Origin: Lingula anatina
Lineage: Eukaryota > Animalia > Brachiopoda
Assembly (NCBI GenBank): GCA_051362555.1
Contig: CM120644.1
Coordinates: forward strand, 17,630,534-17,694,533
DNA length: 64,000 nt
Direction: 5' to 3'
Every line of letters begins with the position of its first letter. Position 1 is the first letter of the stretch. The position numbers were made by a program, and so were the translations under genes. The notes beneath the pieces were generated by a model that searched no databases, was not told the origin of the DNA, and worked only from the letters and a program-made list of their open reading frames with translations. This document shows, piece after piece, positions 1 to 14,400 of this stretch.

Positions 1-413
1 CAGTGTTTAACTTTCCAGAGTGGTGCACATTCATGCATTTAATTCATTTTTAAATTTCAACTGGAAGTATGAATTCACTGTGCAGTACTAATGTCTGAAC
101 TTTTTAAGACAACTATTTGTTTTTTATTACATTATGAGTATCCATTTCCCTTGAATCTCATTTATCCACTGTGGGTAAAAAAAAAGCAATGAAATAAAAT
201 AAATAAACAAATAATGATCCAAGGCATGAAATATTTTTCTTTTATCTTCTATATACTAAAAGAAACAACTCATGTTTTTAACAAATCTTCAGTTTATTTT
301 AGTGAGCTACCAAGGGTTTTTCATTAACTGAAGTATTTTAGACCAAATTTCATATTCAATCTCTGCAGTAAAACCGTCCTCTGGTATATGCAAGACAGCA
401 GGTGGTTGTTTAC

Positions 414-534
414 CTGGGTTTTCCACAGGTAGTCCATCCTGTGTGTCCACTCATCTTGACGTCCGTGTACAAACAGGGCTAGAGCAAAGTGAATGAGGAC
501 AATGACCCCAACTACATTGGTGGGAATATACTGC
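414..534 (-). CDS. ADCY: Adenylate cyclase exon 15 (last TM helix, start of the helix before C2)
   Basis: attccag|(G)[40 protein letters not shown]|gtaaac; H.RQ.E.T.R.D.LW motif; phase 2-0. Confidence 0.95.
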
Positions 535-1611
535 CTGGAATAGAGAATTTAACTGGGGATAATCAAGTACTGCAATTTCATGCAACATACATTATGGCAT
601 TTGTACACTCTCATTTTACACTGAATTTACTTTTACAGTGTTATGCAAGAGTAGTCAGGCATATTGTTTGTGTGGTTTGTGGTTAATAAGCAACTACAAA
701 CCTGTATAAAGATGACTTACATTGTATAATAAGAATATAATATGAGATATCTCACCCTGTGTCATCGTCATACTGATGAAATATCGATACGTGTGTAAAA
801 TGCATCACAATACTAAATGTGGCCACCATTATAAGCAGCATGGCGAACTTCACCAGGGCGGAGAGGTTCAGAAATAATGCCACTGTCAGGAAACACATCA
901 TGGCCGCCAGGTAGAAATATGGCGGCAACTCACAGTGGAGATGGTCGTCTGCTGCACTGATGATGGAGCGCTGGAGCTCCCCTGTGTGAATACCTCCTTC
1001 ACAGAAAAACTGGAAGGCAATTTCACTAAATTAAATATGTATTCTATCAATGTCACACTTGACCAGTGCATGCTGCACATACATATATGTGTTTACAAAC
1101 TATTTAACTAGTTCATGTACATTACACATCATGACAGTGATCGAATGAAGACAACTACAATTGTTACTTTTAAAATGTACCTCACTTCAGCAGACATAGT
1201 TTTTATGCTGTACTTACTATATTGACTTGAGCAGCTGCGTAAATGAGTATAATACTGACTATAATAACTGCAAGGCGAGCACGTGGCTTTTGACGGAGAT
1301 CAAATGGAATACACTGGAATATACATGTACATAGAATATAAAGAATTTTGCACATTATCCATGAGTATTCTGACTTGAGAACCATGTTGATGAAATTGCA
1401 AATTTTACAAATTGATCTGCTGATTGTCTATGTAATATGAAGGCTCCCACATGTTGCAAAAGTATGCAGGAATTTTATTTATTCATTTCAATTTTTTATA
1501 TCTGATTCTCACCTTAAGTTTGGCACCCAGGATGAGTATGAGCAGTATGGACAGCCACATGAATGTCAACAGGAATAATAGCAGCAGCATCAGGGTCCTG
1601 AAATAAATGAA

Positions 1612-1650
<39 letters not shown>

Positions 1651-4600
1651 ATGAGTGAACATAAATGAGTGGATGAACATGTATATATAGCATTAGTCAA
1701 ATCTTTATAGTATTACAATATACATGTATATCAGTCACCTTGTCACAAACTTCTAGAGAATTTGGACTAAAATATTTTAAGGACTATATAAATTAATTTT
1801 TGAAGTTTAAATTTACAATAGCATGTGGTTGTTCGAAGACAAGAACATAGAGGTACTTGTTATATTTTAAGCCAAGATGGTCTTACACTGAAGTACAACA
1901 ATAACAAGTCCAAGTCACCAAAAAGCCATCTTTTATTTTGCCACTCTCCAACATTCTCTCATGATCTCAACTACCACAATTGAGACTGGTGTCACAATAT
2001 TGTGCCACAATTTCACCACAACCGCAATCCACTACATCACTCACCTTGGCAGAAGGATAAGTTGTACAGCAGATACACACACCAACACTATCAGAGCACA
2101 GAGGAGACTGGTGCCGAAGGAGACATCCTTCATCAGCTGATACTGTTGTTCAAGAAATTAAAAAAATATCTAATAAATTAATATAAAAGAGCAATATTTT
2201 GAGAACCATTAGACAAAAATCTACTGGTAGTATCTATTGATGCCATGCAGTGAAATGCCAATAAACATGGTGCACATATCTTGCTAGACATATTATTTTT
2301 GAAAAAAATCATCTACAAGAGCTGTTTACAAAGAGCTGATCACGACTAATTAATCAACTTATTTTTGTCTGGCTTGGCACAGCAATATATTTTCCTTAGA
2401 TCGCATTCACAACGAGTTGAGCCTCTCACACGCCTCCACATGTGTCATCCCAATGGAGCTGAAATTTAATGACATATCAGGGACGACGCATGGGGAGGCG
2501 TGTGAGAGGCAGAGAGACTATTAAAAGATTAGGCGGTTTTTCTTTCATGTACGTCTGCCATATTTAGTTCCAGGATTTGTAAAGCCTGGCTCAACTCGTT
2601 GTGAATGCGATCTTAGCTACAAAAGATAGTTCCTAGGGCTCATTCCCAATGAAAAATTGTCCTACATAGATGAATCCAACTCTGGAGGACTCTAGCTGAA
2701 TGCAGTCAGATAAACAGATTAACAAGCCTCCTCTTTGATCCAACATACTCCTATAATCACCAGCTTTTCTGTATTCTACTCAACACCAGGAGGTATGTTA
2801 ATCTGTAGATCCAATTGCATTCAACAAGAATCCTGGATTGCTCTATGTAGAACATAGTTTCATTGGCAATGGGCCCTTAGGCACAAACAGAACTTGTTAC
2901 CTGTCTCTCTTTTTCTGGTTTACGGAACCTGAGTGTGAAAAAGTTGACATGTTCAGACTTCTCCCTCTCCATACTTCTGGCAAAGATGGCCTGTTTCAAG
3001 TACCTGTTCACTCTGTTGTGACTGGACTCCGGTGAGTGTCTGGAAATATATACACATATATGCATGTACTGACTGTTGTTAAAGAAATGAAAATAGTAAA
3101 TAACATGATATAAAATTGCTCACCGAGCAAGGATTTGTCAACCATTATACAAGAATCTACATGTAGTGTCTATGGGTGCCAGTAAAATGCTACACAAAAT
3201 GAAGAATTTTTGTTACACTTTGTGAGACAATTGCCTTATGGGAGTCCATCCTTATAAATTAAAGCCTGAAAGCCTGTTTGTACATAAGTAATCTGTTTAC
3301 ACATACATGTACTGTACATATAGGCATTCATGTGTATACAAACACCTATACAGATATATATAATTAAATAATGCTACATAACATACATAAATAATTTTCA
3401 AACGTGGATAGTCTCAGTTGCAACTATATATATATACTGTAAATGTAAAACTGACTGAGGACATTTCTTACAAATACACTAAATCAATTTGCACATTACA
3501 CTTTCAAGGTATGAGTCATGCACAGTTGATCATGACTGAGCACCAACTGAAAACTATTAAAGATGCAATGATCATAATCCTTTTGTCAAGTCATCCTGTA
3601 CACATACATTTACTCAGATATATCAAGACAATATTTAGTCCCTATGCTTTTAATATCTGGCATAGCACCATCACTTTCCAGGTAAACACCCACCTGGTTT
3701 CAGATAAACCCCAGGTAATAGCACAAGATTAAGGTAAAGCTGCCTCTAAATCATGAAAAATACCACATGCCTCAAAGATTAAACAGGTTATTTGAGACGA
3801 TGTGTGTTTTTCCACCTAGGTCAAAATCCTTTTTCAAGGTATTCATATCTATAGCTGTTATACTGGGAAACGTACCCGAGAAGGTAAACAAGGATCCTTA
3901 ACCTAAGCTTAGCTATTTTCCGGTTGATTTTGTAAATCAGGAAGAAATGGAGTGCAAATTTGCCACCAGTTATCTTGCCAGTTAATACTTCTAAGACGTA
4001 TGTGTGAGATTTGTGTTATAGAGGTTGGTTTCACCAAGGAAATATATCATGTACAATATAATTCCCCAGCTTCACAAACAAACTTAAATTTTTTGTACAG
4101 TGAAGTTAAGTAATTATTGGTCTAAAACATAATAATTTTGCCATTTCTTTCCATTTCCTTCTTTTTATAAAACAGGTTCAAGGTTTCAACTCGGAAGAGT
4201 AGATGAAAGTACTAGTGATTTATTTTGGTTGAAAGAAGACTAAAATGTCAGTCTCAAAATTAGAACAGACTTTCAGTTGTTTTTAGTGAAAACCCTTAGT
4301 GCTCTGCCTCTCTACCAGTTAACCATCTTCCCACAGAGCTTCTTCCAAGGAAATTTGGCAAAATTTTACAACAATTCCATTTGTTGCTTAATCAGCGTAC
4401 AAAACATAATATTATATTTCATTTCTTATAATTTTCCATTTAAATCAATTCATATCTTGTGACATGACAAGATAAATTTGTGAAAGGGAGTGAAGGAGAT
4501 GGTGGCAGTGAGGGAAGAAGTGGGGGGGGGGGGCAACACCAAGCAAGCCACTGTCTCTTACCTCTTGTTCATGATGGGCCTTCTTAACTTGTCAGCAATG

Positions 4601-7600
4601 CTGCCCTGGAATATGTAAACATACAATCAAATGAATAAGAATTTTAACAGATATATTAAGTATGCTTTCAATATCATAAACAGCAACATGGGGATTTGAA
4701 CCAACCACCCTTTTTGCTGGGAAAAGCTCCATGCAGGGCAAAATTTAATCTAGGTACATGAAGGATTCATGGTAAAAAACTGACTTTTCAGAAAAAGACT
4801 CCTTTTAATTTAAATGAAATTGCTGGCTACAGGCTTGTTACACATCTTGGTTTTACTATAATTTACAGGCCCGTAGCCAGGGGGGTTCGGGGGGTTCGAA
4901 AGAACCGCCCCTTTTGCCGGGAAAAGGTCCACTCTGGGTAAAATTTGATCTAGGTACATGAAGTTTTTATGGGAAAAGGTCCACTTTTTCAGAAAAAGAA
5001 CCCCCCTTTTGAAATTGCTGGCTACGGGCCTGATTTATTAATAGTTTGTACCAGTGCTAATGTATAGTATCAGAACTGAAAAAATTTATCAAGACATCTA
5101 TTTGTCTTTGCTATTTCCCAGTACATACTGTATGTTAATTAAGCTGAACGAGAAGTGACAAAATCAAAATTACACAGGGATTTATTGCTGATGAAACTCA
5201 GATATGAATGACAAATTAAAATGGATGGGAAACTTAGATCAAAATGTTGAAATTGGAAATCCATTCAATATCCTGCCTGAGCCACGAGAGATAAAAATCA
5301 GCAAGAAATCTATAAATCTGCAGATGGTATGAGGTTCCCAGACATCACCAATATCAGAAATCTTCAACATGACAAGTGCATGTTGTATGGATGTCTGAAT
5401 GAGTTATTAGATTATGCAACTTAAAAAGCAATTGTGACATTCAAAAACTAATTTTCTAAGTACTTAATTTGTCAGAAAATTGCAAAATAACGTGACTGTG
5501 GATTTGTGTAAAAGGTTGTGAATTCTCACTTAACAGGTAAGGACAGAAATGCCATTACATGGAACTAAATGAATGTGTCTTAGCACAAGAGAGAGAAATG
5601 AGAGGTAAATCACTGTAGTCTGATTGTTATCAGGACCACTGCAAAAAGTTTAAAAGTGAAGAAGCTATGCGTATACGTTTTGTAAAGACAAAGGTTGCCT
5701 TCAATTAAAGTATGGATCCCTCTGGAAAAATTGCAATATCCTCTCTGACCTATCCAACACCCTCCTTTGAGGTAAACTTACACCAGTTCTTTTTACATAT
5801 ATGAATAGTATGAATACTTCCCCTAGCCTTACTATCAGCCAGCCTATATCAACTGACTCAATTAATCTCTCCCCTCCCACCCCATATCCTTTTTGCCATG
5901 TGTGGTCGTCTTTCTTTACAGCAAAAAGTTTTATGTATGAAAATCTACCAATGACATGACCCATAACAATCTTAAGAACAAAAAAAAAAAAAAAAAGGGA
6001 GGGGGGGGGACATGGAGTTATCTAGCTAGACCCCCCTCCAACCCCCCTCCCCCCCTCTACGCAACCTGTGAGGTCCAGCTGTAAGGTCAAGCCCCATATA
6101 CCAGCAGACCAATCTGTTCCTCCCCTGCCAAGCTAGTTAGGTGGCAATTACTGCAGGATGAAATGTCAAGCACCAGATAGATGTAGTCAGAACCAGCACA
6201 GATGTATTGTTTTACCTTGGCCAGGGATCATGAAGGAAGAAGAGAAAGGTTGTCTGAGGCATTAAGTCTATTTCTGTCTATTTGGGAGAAATGGATGAAA
6301 AATCAGGACTGTTGTGCACTTTTATTTTTAATTATTATTATCGCATGTGTGTGTTTGTATGGTAATAACAATAAAATAATCTTAAATTAATTTGGTCCAA
6401 AACTTTGGAATGGAAAATGGGTATGTGCAACAACATAATACAGTGCAATACATTCAAAAATTGCCAAAAAGTTAGATGCAGTCCGGTGAGTCCCCACTAT
6501 TTCAGCTGGAAATATGTGTAGGTTAATCATCTGTGATCAAATCAACCATTTTACTCAATTAAAGAAAGTGTCCATTTGAGAAAAGTCTGATGCCCAACAC
6601 TGCTAGAAGATAATAGACAGCCCCAATTCCACCTCTGGCGTTCTTTTTTTTAGATTTGCTGCTCTAAAAATACATGATCTACTGGTATGTAAGACAGTAC
6701 ACAGGATATACATGAGTCAATAAAACAACCCATTTTTGAAAAAAAAATCTTCACTGAAAATTACCTTTTATTATATTTTCAAAAGAAAATCAATGCACTG
6801 ATCGTTAGACAAGAGAAAACTTCATTCCATTATCTCACAGCTCTTAATGTCAATAATTGCAAAATAAGTCGGCATAACCAAATTATTTCCAATTTCATAT
6901 ATCTTTTTCACAGTGATCCCTAATAAGCTCTTAGACCAAATTTCCTTTTTTTATCTAATCTTATTTTTCATTATTAATCTTATCCACATCTACTGCCTAG
7001 TAAATAAATCTCCAGCATAATCTTAATTTTTGCAACAATGTTGAAATTGGCCAAAATAATGTTTAAATCGTGACATAACTAGCTTACAATTATATCCTTA
7101 GACAAAACCTACACCATTTAAATTAATGCTGATCACACATAATCACTTTTTCAGTATTATATTCTATTCAAGAAGTTATTATCAACATTTACGAACTGTA
7201 GTTTCAACCTCAGACAACAAAACGAGGAATTACATCTCCAATTTTTACTTACCATACTAATCTTATGGTCATCATGTTGGGCAGACAGGACATTGGAGAA
7301 CGGGATCTCCGCACGAAACTTGATGTAGCGCATGAGTCTCAACACGCAGTTGGAGACGCTCTTGAAGGACAGTTTTCGGGGCTTGATGTCACCAAGTTGT
7401 CCCTTCCTGTGGACTATACTGTGTTGCTGGAAAAAAGTAAATTAAAATGTGTTAGTTAAAGATTAAAGTCAAGTGGAAAGATGAGCTATACTGTAAATAA
7501 GCAAAAGACCATCTTCAAAGAAAAATGTTTACATGTGTATAATCACGAAAATGTTTTGTACACTTTTTGTACATGACAACTTATTCTTACACACCTAACA

Positions 7601-7711
7601 AATAAGTCCTTCTTTAATAAACAAAAGTAAGGTGTGATGAGACTTTGACCAAAAATATCACTTCATGCACGATAACTTATGATCTCTAAATTAGCCTTCC
7701 TAATTTTCCAC

Positions 7712-7764
<53 letters not shown>

Positions 7765-8438
7765 TATTAATAATGATATTTATATTTATTCCTGAGATTT
7801 TGCACTGAATGTATCTAAATGCAACTTTACACAATTGCAAATTATTACAGAGTAGGTTTCCATTGAATGATACATAAATATCACCGTTCAGACCTGCGAT
7901 TTCACACTTTATCAAAATATCAATAATAAATAAAATGTTCTCTTCAGTCCATATACATTTATTTCTTAACAGGTGCTTTAGAAGCAGCGGCAGTGGCAAG
8001 ATCAGAAGTCACCAGAAACTCTTTGTTCTTAGTTCTATGTCACAGAGACAAGCTGCCAGTTGAGAGGTGAGTTTCTGGTGACCTCTTAGAATCAGGGTTT
8101 GGAAGGGTTATTACAGCTAGCGCACTAATTGCTGATATAAATCACATCTGTGGCAGGCCGCAATGTGTTAAGTACAGCACAAAAGCTGTTAAGAAGATCT
8201 GTGTTATGCTTATCTCACGCAAGTCCTGATAAAACATGACAGAGCACAGCAATTAGTTTGTATCGCTGAACCATCTCATTGTCTTTAAATTGCGTCTTTC
8301 TTCTCGTGACCTTGGCTATACCCTGTTGCTGAAGATGCCAAACTGAAAATGACTGTTTTCAGCCTATACAGGTTTCATGTGAAAGCATCTTACATAATAT
8401 ATACCAGTGACTTGTCCTAGATTTTATAGGAGTGAAAG

Positions 8439-8471
<33 letters not shown>

Positions 8472-11400
8472 CTCACTCAAGCATGTTTGTAGGGGTAGAC
8501 ACTGATAGCAGAAACTTTTTCAGCTTTATTTCTTTTATCTTCATGATCAAACAATCTATAACATGCAGTATACACAGTGTATGTTGTGTTAGCTGAGACT
8601 CTTAATTGCTTCTTGATACACTGTCACGTGTGCCAAGTAAGGTCTGTTTTAGGGGCCATTCCCACTGATACTTGGATCGATCTATCTCCCTGTGGAGTCT
8701 CACTAAATTGCTATCAACCTAACCAGCTTAAATGTCTGTCACACCTAGTAAAGCTGTTAGGGAGTAATAATCTTTACCCTAGCTGATTCGGTAGGTGTGA
8801 CAGACATTTAGGCCGGTTAAGCTAATAGCAATTCAGTGACACTCTACTGGGAGTTAGACCGATCCAGATGGATTGATCTAGGCATGGGAACCCAGTCTTA
8901 GATAAAGTCAAACTAAGTTTTTTTCAGCTTGCTTTAGACTGCAAAACTTTAGATTGTCAAAGATTACATTAAGCTAACTGAATCTAGAAACATTTTGCTA
9001 GTGATATCCTAACGATAAATGTAGTAGACAAACCTAATTGGACTTTAACCACTGAGAGTGAAAAACATTGTCATTTGACAAACACAATTTGAGCAAGTTA
9101 AGGGGGAAAAACACAAAGAGGAAACCAGCTTTTTGCATTCTGTGCACAATGTAACTAAATTATCAGATAAAATTCATAAAAGTCTTTGATGAGACCCATT
9201 TTTGCCTTAAGTTGTTTTCAAATTGTGAACCAGGTCAATCTTAAGACCCGATAAAACTTGAAGCTGCGCCATTTTGACTATCAGCCAATACACTGGAGGG
9301 GATCACATATATTTTTTTTTATGATTGAAAGTGAAATTATCATCAATTTCCCCTTCATTCTTCCTTCCCTCGGGCTTGTAAAAAGGGAAATAGAAATCTT
9401 GGCAACATTGCAATTTTCCATGAAGTAGGAAATGAAAGGATTGCCGCAATCGCTGGGGTTTACTAAATTTGATATAGATGCTTGGAAAGTACTTCTTTTT
9501 ATCATCAATCTAAGTTTAAATGTTTTTATTTTCATGAATATCTAGGAACATGACAGCTATCCCTGCTCCACTGGCGTAGAAATTTAACCTACAATATCAA
9601 ATGCTAATATCATTTTCGACAAGTCATCCCTGATTTTATAAAATTACAGTTATTCATTACAAAAAAGTAGATTAATAGGTGACATCAGGTGTTTCCTTAT
9701 AAATCCTCTGACAGATAAGTATTTCAATGAATTTACAATAATGTGGTTTTAAAAATATGTGAAAATTTCTGATCCATCAGTCAAAAGATTTAACTCAGCG
9801 CCAATATTTCCCTGGAAGTCTAAAATTGTATTAAGTGACTATGGAATTTCTGAATTACAAAGTTTAGGTGACTACAAGGGATAACAGGTGCTGTATATCT
9901 TGAAATAATCTTAATTTCATGTTTTCCAAACTGAATACTTCTCTCTTCTGTCTGCGGCCTTAGGTAACATTCTCTCAGATAAAACTGTTTTCCATATTTC
10001 ATATCACAGCTCCTTTTATTTATTTTTCTATTTATATAATGTTAGCAAGTTTTTCCTCAATAGCAATTATTCTCTATTATGTTTATGGTACATCCTCTCT
10101 CCTTAAGACACCACCTCCTGTGCACCTGTTCAATTAAATAGACAATTATATATCTTGGTTACCTCAAAATCACAGGGAACTTACATTTCAGTGAGGTATC
10201 CTGTGACATTTAAGCCGATTTAAAATAATCTCAAATCTAAAAATAGAAAGACTCCAGTACTGGAAAAGCTGGTTATCCACAGCTGAAGCACAATAAACTG
10301 GAGATTTCATTAAATCTGGACTTCACCTGGTGCAGGAGTTTATTGAAGTGTCTACAGGAATTCGCCCTGATTCACAGCAATTCCAGAACTTAATAGACCA
10401 AAAATAATTGGTTAATACAGATCCATTAGCCATTCACCTGGGCTGATGTTGAAAAGAAAAGGAATCCAGCTTTTATGTCTTCATAACACTTGGGAACACT
10501 AGCTTGCATTAAGATAAATCAATACATTTTGTTAAAAACTGAAAAATGATCAACTCTCCACAAAACCGGCACTGATGTCATTTGAACATGTCCCAAATTT
10601 CAGAAATTACTGGAAACTGAAGTCAATTATCAGCTTGTCTCAGTTGTTACTGGGATCAGGCCTGTATATAGCTTGAAGGGGGGCTTTTTTGCCAGGAAAC
10701 AGTAAAAAGTCCCCTTTGGGCAAATTTTGTTATCTATGTACATGAAGGTTTCACTATAACAGAACCACTTTTTCAGGAAAATATTCCACCCCCTTTGAAA
10801 TTGCTGGAGTTTTCAATAATCTCTGAGCTCCAGGGTGTATTGAACTAAACTTTATAGGAAAGTCTGGCTGTTTGTGTATTGAACAGAAACCATACCTTCA
10901 TCAGCCTGGTGCACCCCGGATTTCAAAGGTTACTGGAAATTCACCTCGGATGTCACCAAACTTTGGCATTTCCAGTAAAACAGAGGCATATATGCTGACT
11001 GTAGAGAGGGGAGTTTTCAGGGACTTCTGGATTTTACATCCAATACATATAGACACATATTAGTTGGGTCAGTCTACCTCCGCGGGGAGGGGGGGGGGGG
11101 GTTCTCGCCAGGTACAATTAGTGGAATCAGCTTAACTGTCTGTCACGCCTCCTGAAGCAGCAAGGGGGTAATTAACTTTCAACAATTAAGGTGCTCGAGG
11201 AGGTGTCTTTCAGTTAAGATGATTGCACTAAATGAGAGCCCAGTCAGAGTTGGGCCGGACAAACTTGTATAAGTGTCTATCTGAATGCTCCCTTAGTGTA
11301 GCCCAGGGCCCCGTAACTCAAAAGCATCAAAGGTAACTGGAAACTTACTCTTATGTCAGCAAATCTTTGCCATTTCCAGCAAAACAGAAGTATATGTTGA

Positions 11401-14400
11401 CAGTAGAGGGGAGAGTTTCAAGGAACTTACGTATGAAACTCAGGGTAAAAAGTGTGGAGAGAGCCTTCTATCTAATAAGAATTCCAGCTGATTTTGAATG
11501 AGTCAGAAACCTAATATAACACCAATTACTGATAGATGGACTGTATCCATAAAGAAATTTATCCTCTGCTGCCTGGGTTCCATAAGTTTATAACACTCAC
11601 TGAGGTAAACAGGTTTTGCACTGACTATGGTAATTTCTCAAAAATTTCGAACGTTTCGAACTTTATTGTTACAATTATCATACCTTTTTTTTCCAAGGCT
11701 TGCAATTTTTATTTGCAAAAAAGAAAAAAAAAATGAAATGTCTGTAAGAACTACAATAACTTTGGTTTTTATAATTATATTTTTTACCATCATTTCAAAA
11801 CAATGTTTATTAATTTTTTTTAATTTATCAAGCAATTACCATATATCTATAGAGAAAAACTATACATTTATTTAGCAGATCAATAACATTCTCTGTCCCC
11901 TCTTCTCCTAGCTTGCTTTTTTTGAAAAATATTTCATCTGGTCAATCCAGAATTTCTGCTGTAGGAGGAGGGGAATGGGCAGAAGGGGAAGATTTGTTGG
12001 AATACTGCACATTTACTAGTAGAAATGCATCTAACGAATGCTGACAAAAGCTTTTGAGGACCAACCATAGTCCAAATAGCAGGGGCAGATCCAAGATTGT
12101 TTGAAGAGAAGGGTCTAGTTTTTAAAGAATGACAGACATCGGATGTGAAGCTGACCCTTGCCCCCTTCGTGTGGGGTTTGGTGTTTTGGAGGGCAAACAG
12201 TGCCATTTGGTGCAGTTTAGAGCTATGATTCAGATCTTCAAAATTCTAATATCATAGAGAGGGGAATACTGGTGTGATTTTTTTCCAGAAACCGAAGGGG
12301 GGGGGGGGGGGGGGGAGTCAGGACCACCCTGACATGTCCCCCCCTTAATTCTGCCACTGAACAAGTACATACTATGGTGTATATACCACACTTCACCCAT
12401 CTGGCCTCAGTGGATGTGACAGTGGGGATACATTAGCACTCTTAAATGAACAGCATTCATAAAAAGACTTAATCAAATACGCAGTTTTTGCAATTCTTCT
12501 CCCCTCTGAGCAATTTTCCTGTGAATTACAAAGTTGCTATCCTTTTATAGGCTTTCACAGCATTTATTGCCAGCTCTTCTACAATATGCATATTGCCTTG
12601 AATGTTAAATCACATGGATGGTTTTGTTTTTTTATTTTTGGTCTGTCTTCCAGAAATGAGTCAGGCTATCGATCACACAAAATGGCACTCTATGCAGCAC
12701 TGCCTCATTCAGAACTAATCTTTGGTGAGAACCTTTTCATTGTAAAACACTTGTTAGTGCTGCCTAAAGTGATACCAATTGAAGGATTGTCTGAAGTGCT
12801 GAACCTACACATTTTTTTTCCTATCTGAATGTAGGAAATATTCAGGTGTGCTCAGACAAGTAAAGTTGGACTGATTATGGTCTAAATTTCACTCCTGTGT
12901 AAACCTATTATATTAATTTAAAGCCCTGCAGTATACTGGCACCCTCATTTTTTTTTTTTTTTTTTTTTTGCACCTTACATTTTTCACACTGAAATCCCAT
13001 ATAAAAGATTACCTCAGATATAAAGCACACAAAAATATCCAACTAGTCTGGTATTGCATTTTAGTGTTGAATCATTCCTGATCTATTGCTGCTTACTAAT
13101 CAGACATTGTATTCTACATTTAGTTTGTAGTATATATGCCTGCCCACAGCATTTCCTAGAATGATGGATATATAGCTACTCAAGTTTGAAATCAAAATCT
13201 GGGAGCTCTCTGAATACTTCTATGATGTCCAGAAAGAAGACATGATTTCTAGAATTTTCATTCAAGTCTTGCATTTTTTTTTTTTAAAAGAGGTTTGACA
13301 ATTTTTTATGTCTTTTTCTTATGTTGGAACTAAAAGCTGTCCAAACCAACCTTAGTAATTATTAGCAATGGAGAAAGGGAACCTGTTCTGGCTTAAAATT
13401 TTTACAATTTTACGAACAATTTATCATTCATCACATCAGGCATAAAATGTTTTGCTGTTATACATTAAGAAATCTAGCCACTCCCCATTCCATGTTCAGA
13501 ACCCTAGCAGGAGTAAATCCAGGGTTGTTTGGGGGGGGGGGTTAAGGAATGACAGGCTGCTGATGCAAAGCCCCCCCCCCTTTGGCGTGGAGTTTGGGAC
13601 TCACTGAATTTTTTTGGTATTTTTTAGGGGACAAAGTGCAATTTGGTACTGTTTATAACTATAATTTAGCTAGTCAAAATTCTAATTTCAAGAGGGGACC
13701 ATTGGTGTGATTTCTTTCAGAATTCAAAGGAGGGGTCAGGGAGGGGGGGGTCCTGGGGGGTCCTCCATAAATCCACCACTGCCTACCATGATAACATGAT
13801 ACACCATTGCTAAGAAATAAAATCATTCATGCCTGCTTGCAGAAATACTGTATCTCTTGGACCAGGGCAATCAGCCACATTTCTCCTGGATTAAATCTCC
13901 ATGATAATGCGATCATGCCCTGTAATTTGATGAAATACATCAATACTACTGCCTGAAATAATTGGAGGCTGGTTAAAACCCCTGCCAGAAATATGTCTGG
14001 TCGTGTTCACTTCATGAACCTGATTAAAACCCCTGCCAGAAATATGTCTGGTCATGTTCACTTCATGAACTTGTTAAAACCCCAGCCAGAAATATGTCTG
14101 GGCGTGTTCATTTCATAAACCTGGCTAAAACCCCTGCCAGAAATATGGCTGGTCGTGTTCATTTCATGAACCTGGTTAAAACCCCTGCCAGAAATGTCTG
14201 GTCATGTTCAATTCATGACTAACTTCATTTGAGGTTCCCGTTTTTTGCTAAAGAAGGGGAGTATTATACATATTTATTATGTTATAAAAATGAAAGAATC
14301 TTACAACAATTATTAAATAGCAAATGAGCACATTTTTGCTGTAATTTATATGGCTAGAGGAAAATGTTTGATTAATCTCATTTTTCTCTTTACAGTTTTT

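Noticed and set aside
5701-5964. 87-aa minus-strand ORF in intron 8 as an alternative terminal exon
   Set aside because: No convincing polypyrimidine/AG acceptor in the right phase and no recognisable similarity.
6216-6309. Candidate cassette exon ending AAG|GTAAAA in intron 8
   Set aside because: The acceptor options I tried give stops or the wrong phase for a 0-0 insertion.
8004-8086. 83-nt hairpin as a candidate pre-miRNA
   Set aside because: Only an 18-bp terminal stem (17/18) with a large poorly paired interior and TCA/TTA flanks; it fits a tiny MITE better.
13969-14218. Regular 51-bp repeats resembling a CRISPR array
   Set aside because: Units are head to tail with no unique spacers, there are no cas genes, and the context is a eukaryotic intron. 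It is a minisatellite.
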